A DNA stretch of 30,694 nt from a virus (taxonomy: Duplodnaviria; Caudoviricetes): the IMG/VR virus record IMGVR_UViG_3300034283_002405, positions 1-30,694 of that record. One strand, written 5' to 3'. Shown piece after piece: positions 25,042 through 30,694 of the stretch (position 1 is its first letter; each line of letters starts with the position of its first letter). The position numbers were made by a program, and so were the translations under genes. The notes beneath the pieces were generated by a model that saw only the letters and a list, made by a program, of their open reading frames with translations, was not told the origin of the DNA and made no database searches.

Positions 25042-25517
25042 CGATATTTGAACAAGAGGCATTGCAAAGTTTGGCTGACTCATATATTGAGCAGTTTAAG
25101 GACGCAATAAAAAACAAGCCAATCAAACGTAAGTCAGTAGCAAATCCAGAAGGATTTGAAGCTGTGGCAAATGCTTCTGGACGTTTGGCTGACAGTCCAA
25201 GAGTAGAGATGACTGAGAACAGCATGAACATTTATGTGCTTGCCTACATTGACGAGATAGTTTATGGCAAGGCGCCAGGAGGAAAAGTTGAAAAATTAGA
25301 AATTGAGAAGTGGCTGGAGGCAAAAGGCTTGAACTACTCAGCAAGTGCAATTGTCAGAAATTTAAAGGACATTGGATCGTCAATATTCCTTGAGCACCAG
25401 GGAGGAAATTCGGGAGTGCTTGACGATATAAACATTGACTCAAAACTTGAAGAGGTGAAAAGAAAATTAATTACAAACAAAATAACCGAGATAAAATATG
25501 CCAATAGCATTATCTAG
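25038..25517 (+). CDS. Putative neck/tail-completion protein (HK97 gp10-like)
   Basis: ASGRLADS, Y...IVYGKAPG and IEKWLEAKG patterns. Confidence 0.6.
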   Translation: MTIFEQEALQSLADSYIEQFKDAIKNKPIKRKSVANPEGFEAVANASGRLADSPRVEMTENSMNIYVLAYIDEIVYGKAPGGKVEKLEIEKWLEAKGLNYSASAIVRNLKDIGSSIFLEHQGGNSGVLDDINIDSKLEEVKRKLITNKITEIKYANSII

Positions 25518-26691
25518 TATCCCACCAAAAATCAACTCAGTCAGCTCTGACATAATTTTCACAATGGAAGCGCAGCCTGTGAATCTAAACATGGCTGTCT
25601 CAGGCGCAACTCCATTTGGTTTGGCAACGGCTAAATTCAAATTGACAGGTGGCACATTGCCAACAATCTTTGTTGGACAAATGATATTCTGCAACGCTGG
25701 CTCAAGTCCTTACTATGGCATGCACGTAGTCACTGAAATAGTCTCAACAACTGCAACAGAAGTGACTGCTGTGATTAATACAACTTATACAAGTGTTTAT
25801 GCACCTGGGCTCATTGCAAATGCGCTTGACATAGTAACAGACGTCATTGAATTACGCCAAATAATAGTTGACGCAGGCGTTGAGGTCCCTTTGGACGTTT
25901 TTGCTAGAGTAAAATTTAACATACGAAATTTAAGTTTGATTCGTTTGAACGTCTCAGAATATGTGAGGAGTTTGTTTTTAAGCGGTGAAGCAACAGTGAT
26001 AATTGGAATTTATCACCCACTTTTAACACTTGGCTCTTTTCAAAACGTGACAACAATTGTCAATGCAACATTTGACTCAGCAGATGTGGCCTTGCATTAC
26101 AATACAGGATCGGACATAACGCCAAAGATTATGGAAAGCGGTGAGACATTGGTGTTTTTTAAAAACTACAGAACCATTTGGCAAGAGAACTTAAAACACT
26201 CTTTATTTTCAAGCAGTATTCTTTATGGTGACGCAACTTATGACGTGGCGTCATTTGGCAGCACATTCACAGGCAACAAGCTAAGCAGTCAAAAAGTTGA
26301 GGTATTGACAGGCTGTTTTAAAGATCCATTAAATATCCTTTACATAAATTCATTTGGAGCGCTCAGAAATTACGTGGTGTTTAATGACATTGAGCAATCA
26401 ATAAATTTTGAAAATGAAACACGCTTTAAAGATGACAGGCTCAATGAGAAAATTTTAGCAGTGCAAAGCTTCACAGAGTACAACGTGAGCGCAACAGATG
26501 TGCGTCTGACTCATGCAGACAGCATTGCTCAAATGATAGCAAGTCCAAAAGCATGGCTTATGACTAGTGACAGTCTAACGCCAATTGTAATTGAGAAAAA
26601 ATCATTTTTGCAATATCGCAGCTTTGACGCTTACTTGAATTTCAGTTTTAAATTTAGAATTGCAAGCACAACTCAATCTCAAGTCAACTAA
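25498..26691 (+). CDS. Tail tip/baseplate structural protein
   Basis: 397 aa, beta-rich; LYINSFG....VF and MIASPKAW C-terminal pattern. Confidence 0.6.
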   Translation: MPIALSSIPPKINSVSSDIIFTMEAQPVNLNMAVSGATPFGLATAKFKLTGGTLPTIFVGQMIFCNAGSSPYYGMHVVTEIVSTTATEVTAVINTTYTSVYAPGLIANALDIVTDVIELRQIIVDAGVEVPLDVFARVKFNIRNLSLIRLNVSEYVRSLFLSGEATVIIGIYHPLLTLGSFQNVTTIVNATFDSADVALHYNTGSDITPKIMESGETLVFFKNYRTIWQENLKHSLFSSSILYGDATYDVASFGSTFTGNKLSSQKVEVLTGCFKDPLNILYINSFGALRNYVVFNDIEQSINFENETRFKDDRLNEKILAVQSFTEYNVSATDVRLTHADSIAQMIASPKAWLMTSDSLTPIVIEKKSFLQYRSFDAYLNFSFKFRIASTTQSQVN

Positions 26692-28649
26692 TGAAGATAC
26701 TAATAAACGACAACGAGCTTGACGCACTAAAAGACAATGACGTGTTGCTGACAAAAGCAGTCAACAAAATGCAATCACTTGAAGAGCGCAACGGCTCATA
26801 TTCTAGTGAGGTGTCTTGTGGCTTGTCAATGAACAACAGAGATATTTTCAAAGACGCACAATCCAGCAACAGTCAAACTGAAATGCCATACACACAAAAC
26901 ACTTGCAAAATAAGTGTTGGAAGTGTTGAAGTATTGGACGGCTTTGCTGAGCTGGAGCAAACAAACAAAGAGTATATGCTTAGAGCTTACTCAGGTGTAA
27001 GCAGTATCATTGAGGCAATTGGTGAGTCAATGCTTAATGAGCTAAATTTAGATTATGCAAATGGCACAGCCATAAATCACATATACAATTGGACCAACGT
27101 AATTGCCAACAGAAATAACTTGTGGACAAAAGGCTACATATACCCAAATATTGACTATGGCAAATGGGCAACAACAACAATTCATGCACATTGGGACGAT
27201 TTATATCCTTCCATTTTTTGCAAGTATTTATTTTTGCGCATATTCCATTCCATTGGATATGCCGTCACAGGTGAGTTTATAAGCAATGACTTGTTTGGCA
27301 AAGAAATTTTGCCAATGGTGAAAATCCCAACAACGCCTCAATATTTTTTAGACAGTTACGCATGTAATGCTAGGAACTACAGACGAAAAGACTACGAGTC
27401 AGGAGATGATCCTATTATATTAATGGACGAGCTAAACAATACAAGTAGTTTTCAATTAAACAATGAAAATGTTTTTGGAAGCATTGGCACAGTGTTTAGG
27501 CCAGCTTTATTTGGTGAATTTAGTATAAATTTTGCGTTTACAACTTTGGGTTTTGCAGGCACGGCAAAGCTACTAGTAATTACACGTACAGCTTTAAGCA
27601 CCCCTGGAAAATACCAAACCCAAAGAAATGACTATGCTATAACAATAGGGGGCGTTAACAACATTACACACAAAGGCACAAAAGTTGCTGCTGACACGGC
27701 TGTTTACTTTTATTATGATATTACGTACACTTTACCAGGGACCGTTTTTCGAGTTTTTCCTTTTACCATTGCCCTAACATATCCAAGCAGAACACTAATA
27801 CCTGGAGATGAATTTGACTTGAGAGACTGCTTGCCTGAGGTGTCTCAGAAAGACTTTTTGACGACAATTATAAATCAATACAACTTAATGCTAAAAGTTG
27901 ACACCACAAAAAGGACCGTTGATTTTAGTTATTTCAACAGTGTTGAGGCAAACAAAAATAGCGCATTGGATTGGTCCGAGTTGTTTGACTTTTCAAAAGA
28001 GCCTGAAATAAAATACAAGCTTGAAGAGTATGCGCAAAACAGCCTGTTGAAATATGAGACTGACGAAAATGACAACTTGTTGCGCTTGTCACCAACATAC
28101 GGACAAGGCGTGTTGTTTTGCAACAATCAGAATTTGGAAAACACAAAAGAGGTTTTCATGTCAAAATTTGCACCAATCGTCAGGCGCATTTGTTTAAAGT
28201 CACCACACACAAGTGAACAGGCATACATTCAACTTTGGATCACGGAGGAAAATACATTAAGAACGCAAAACGTCAAGCCTCGAATTGCTTATGTGAGATA
28301 TAATGAAACGCTAACTATCCACGGCACAGCTGGCGAAATCGGAGGAGGCACAGGGGCAAAAGACAGCTCACCAAGTGCAGGCGTTTATTTTGAGCAATTG
28401 GAATTTTCGAGACTTATTCCTTTGTATTACAAAATAGTATCAAATATGTTGCTTAACACTTATACGCTAAAAGCAAATTTCAATTTGAAGTTGAAGGATT
28501 TTGAGGAAGTTGATTTTACCAAGCCAATATATTTGGAGCTTAACTTGTTGGGCTATGGTGCAATTTGCGGATATTTCTACTGCGACAGCATAAACGAATT
28601 TAGTTTGACAAACAGATCCACTACAGAAGTTGAATTAATACGAATCTAA
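26691..28649 (+). CDS. Large minor tail (hub-like) protein
   Basis: 652 aa; LD, SYS, YP.IDYG, YPSI, LP.VSQKDFL..I...YNL, VDFTKPIY, TEVELIRI; TAATG coupling. Confidence 0.7.
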   Translation: MKILINDNELDALKDNDVLLTKAVNKMQSLEERNGSYSSEVSCGLSMNNRDIFKDAQSSNSQTEMPYTQNTCKISVGSVEVLDGFAELEQTNKEYMLRAYSGVSSIIEAIGESMLNELNLDYANGTAINHIYNWTNVIANRNNLWTKGYIYPNIDYGKWATTTIHAHWDDLYPSIFCKYLFLRIFHSIGYAVTGEFISNDLFGKEILPMVKIPTTPQYFLDSYACNARNYRRKDYESGDDPIILMDELNNTSSFQLNNENVFGSIGTVFRPALFGEFSINFAFTTLGFAGTAKLLVITRTALSTPGKYQTQRNDYAITIGGVNNITHKGTKVAADTAVYFYYDITYTLPGTVFRVFPFTIALTYPSRTLIPGDEFDLRDCLPEVSQKDFLTTIINQYNLMLKVDTTKRTVDFSYFNSVEANKNSALDWSELFDFSKEPEIKYKLEEYAQNSLLKYETDENDNLLRLSPTYGQGVLFCNNQNLENTKEVFMSKFAPIVRRICLKSPHTSEQAYIQLWITEENTLRTQNVKPRIAYVRYNETLTIHGTAGEIGGGTGAKDSSPSAGVYFEQLEFSRLIPLYYKIVSNMLLNTYTLKANFNLKLKDFEEVDFTKPIYLELNLLGYGAICGYFYCDSINEFSLTNRSTTEVELIRI

Positions 28650-28650
28650 T

Positions 28651-28794
28651 ATGAGCAAGCAACAAAAAGTAAAAGTCATCAAAGTTTATGTAAGCGCTGA
28701 AACCAAGGACAAAGCCATTGCAAAATACGGCTCAAGGTGCGTGTCTTACGCAGTCAACAAATTAGTGCAAAAAGATTTAAACCAAAAGCAATGA
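28651..28794 (+). CDS. 47-aa ribbon-helix-helix-like protein (absent from ORF track)
   Basis: MSKQQKVKVIKVYVSAETKDKAIAKYGSRCVSYAVNKLVQKDLNQKQ*; ATGA overlap with the TMP start. Confidence 0.6.
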   Translation: MSKQQKVKVIKVYVSAETKDKAIAKYGSRCVSYAVNKLVQKDLNQKQ

Positions 28795-30694
28795 CCACAG
28801 AGGAAAAAATAATATTTAGTGTCCAAATAGATCAGTCAGACAGCATTGATAAAATTGCTAGGCTGACTAAGGACATCAACGGCCTAAAAGAAGCCAATCA
28901 AAAACTTGCTTTGCAGCAAGGTGACAATACAAAAGCCATTGCTGAAAATAATTTGTTGATCCAACAAGCAACAAACGAAAGGAACAAGGAGCAAAAGGCT
29001 GTGCTTGCGTCAATGGAAGCATTTGGCAAAGAGGCAAAGAGCATTGATGACGCAAGAACGGCTGTCAAGCAGTTGACAATTGAGCGCAATAAACTTGACC
29101 TGAGCACCACGGAAGGAAGGAAAAAACAAACTGAGTTGAATGCGTCAATTGACGCTCACAACAAATTTATAAAAGACAATGTTGACGCTTACCAGCAGCA
29201 AAAAATAAACATAGGAAATTACACAAGTGCGCTTAGTGGTATCAAAGGACCAATTGGCGACTTTACAAACAAACTTGTTGGCGTAAAAGAAGGACTTACA
29301 AAAACAAAAGACGGTTTGCAAACGGCTGGTGTTGGCTTGTCAAGTTTGGACGGAGTTATAAAAGCAAGTGCACTTGGCTTGTTGATCACTATTGTTGGAG
29401 GGCTTGTTGCAGCTTTCAGCAAATTTGAGCCGTTAGTTGAGAAAGTTGAGTTTGTTATGGCTGGCGTCAATGCAGCTGTTGACGTCCTTGTTTCAAGATT
29501 TATTGACGTGGGCAAAGCAATCATGTCATTGGATTTTAGTAATATACTTTTAAATTTTGACAACTTAGGCACGGCAATTTCTGACGCAGCTCAGGAAGGC
29601 TATAGAATAGCTGAGATGTTTGACAAAATTGAAGAGGCACAAACTGACGGTGTAATTACGCAAAGCAAGTATGAGAGGGCTGTGGCTTCACTAAATGTTG
29701 AGTTGAAAAACAAAACAAAAACGCAATCCGAGCTCTTGGCAATTAGTGATAAAATTGCAGCCTTGGACAAAGCTGAGATTGATAGGAAATTGAGAATTGC
29801 GGATATGGAAGTAAAAGCAATTGCAGCCACAAATGTGGCAAAAATCAAAGCGCAAACAATCAATGAAGAGGACCGCAAAAAGTTTGTTGAGGCATTTGCA
29901 AAACGTGAAGAGGTCCAGCAGCAATATGAAGTTGCAACAGAGCGAAGAGAAAACAGAGTTGACGCAATAAATCAAAAAGCAGAAGCCAAAAGGCAAGCTG
30001 CTGCTGCTGAACAAGAGAAACGAAACGCAAAAACAGCAGCAGATGAGCAAAAACTACTTGACGCACTATTGGCAGCCGACAAGAAATATGTTGAACATCT
30101 TGACGACAATGAGAAAAGAATAATAAAACAACGTGAAGAGGCTTTTAACAAAGCAAATGATTTGCTTAAACAATCTTTTACAAGAGCTGAAACGATACGA
30201 ACAGAAGAGTTGACAAAAGGTCTTTTGACTCAAGAGCAATTTGACGCTCAACAATTGGCTGCAAAACAAATGAATTTGGAAGCGCAAATTGAAATTGAGA
30301 AAACTTACTATAAGAACACAGAAGACAGTGAGCTGCAGCTTGCGCAAACAAAACATGCAATCAATAAAAAGTCAACTGAAGATAAACAAAAATTTGCCAA
30401 AGCAGATATTCAAAGCAGCATTGCTGTGTCACAAGCAGCGCAAGGCGTAATAAGTGAACTTGCAAGCTCTGCAAAGCAAGGTTCAGATTTGCAAAAAGCG
30501 CTGGCATTGACAAATGTGGCAATTAACTTAGGGACGGCAATTGGAAATTTAACAGCAACAACGTCAGCACCTAGTCCAGATAACCTTGTAACAGGTGGCG
30601 TTGCTGGCTTTATAAAATATGCAGCTGGTTTGACTCAAATTATTGCAGCAATAACAAGCGCAACAAATATAATTGGTGGGGCAGCAGCTGGAGG
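28791..30694 (+). CDS. Tape measure protein, N-terminal part (about 743 aa when joined to 1..455)
   Basis: Frame appears open from ATG 28791 to the window end; A/E/K/Q-rich coiled coil, QKINIGNY motif, hydrophobic ALGLLITIVGGLVAAF segment. Confidence 0.88.
   Translation, partial: MTTEEKIIFSVQIDQSDSIDKIARLTKDINGLKEANQKLALQQGDNTKAIAENNLLIQQATNERNKEQKAVLASMEAFGKEAKSIDDARTAVKQLTIERNKLDLSTTEGRKKQTELNASIDAHNKFIKDNVDAYQQQKINIGNYTSALSGIKGPIGDFTNKLVGVKEGLTKTKDGLQTAGVGLSSLDGVIKASALGLLITIVGGLVAAFSKFEPLVEKVEFVMAGVNAAVDVLVSRFIDVGKAIMSLDFSNILLNFDNLGTAISDAAQEGYRIAEMFDKIEEAQTDGVITQSKYERAVASLNVELKNKTKTQSELLAISDKIAALDKAEIDRKLRIADMEVKAIAATNVAKIKAQTINEEDRKKFVEAFAKREEVQQQYEVATERRENRVDAINQKAEAKRQAAAAEQEKRNAKTAADEQKLLDALLAADKKYVEHLDDNEKRIIKQREEAFNKANDLLKQSFTRAETIRTEELTKGLLTQEQFDAQQLAAKQMNLEAQIEIEKTYYKNTEDSELQLAQTKHAINKKSTEDKQKFAKADIQSSIAVSQAAQGVISELASSAKQGSDLQKALALTNVAINLGTAIGNLTATTSAPSPDNLVTGGVAGFIKYAAGLTQIIAAITSATNIIGGAAAG
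30568..30694. repeat. 127-bp terminal direct repeat, copy 2
   Basis: Identical to 1-127. Confidence 0.95.

Noticed and set aside
68-30360. All minus-strand ORFs in the track
   Set aside because: They are antisense shadows of well-supported plus-strand genes, with no recognisable motifs or independent promoters

Overview
This window is an apparently complete, circularly permuted ~30,567-bp tailed dsDNA phage genome: positions 1-127 are repeated exactly at 30568-30694. All credible genes lie on the + strand. Multiple TAnnTTTG promoter boxes and A-rich, mostly SD-less start regions point to a Bacteroidota host. Gene order: ClpP-like prohead protease/scaffold, major capsid, probable tail tube, portal, head-tail connector, an atypical-composition structural cassette, lysis cassette (two small holin-like genes, GH24 lysozyme, EF-hand membrane protein, overlapped spanin-like pair), small early genes, a replication module (Cas4-like DUF2800 nuclease, DUF2815 SSB, PolA, AEP-primase/VirE ATPase, VRR-NUC, SNF2 helicase) with a palindromic origin-like region, terminase, tail genes, and a tape measure gene crossing the contig junction. 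No integrase or CRISPR was seen. The most interesting signals are a capsid protein with an N-terminal signal/transmembrane leader, a 65-nt tRNA-like element lacking a D arm, a GTAAAA-N3-TTTTAC operator at four promoters, a canonical EF-hand loop in a lysis membrane protein, and near-total avoidance of several type IIS restriction sites. All family calls come from motif recognition by eye, not database searches.
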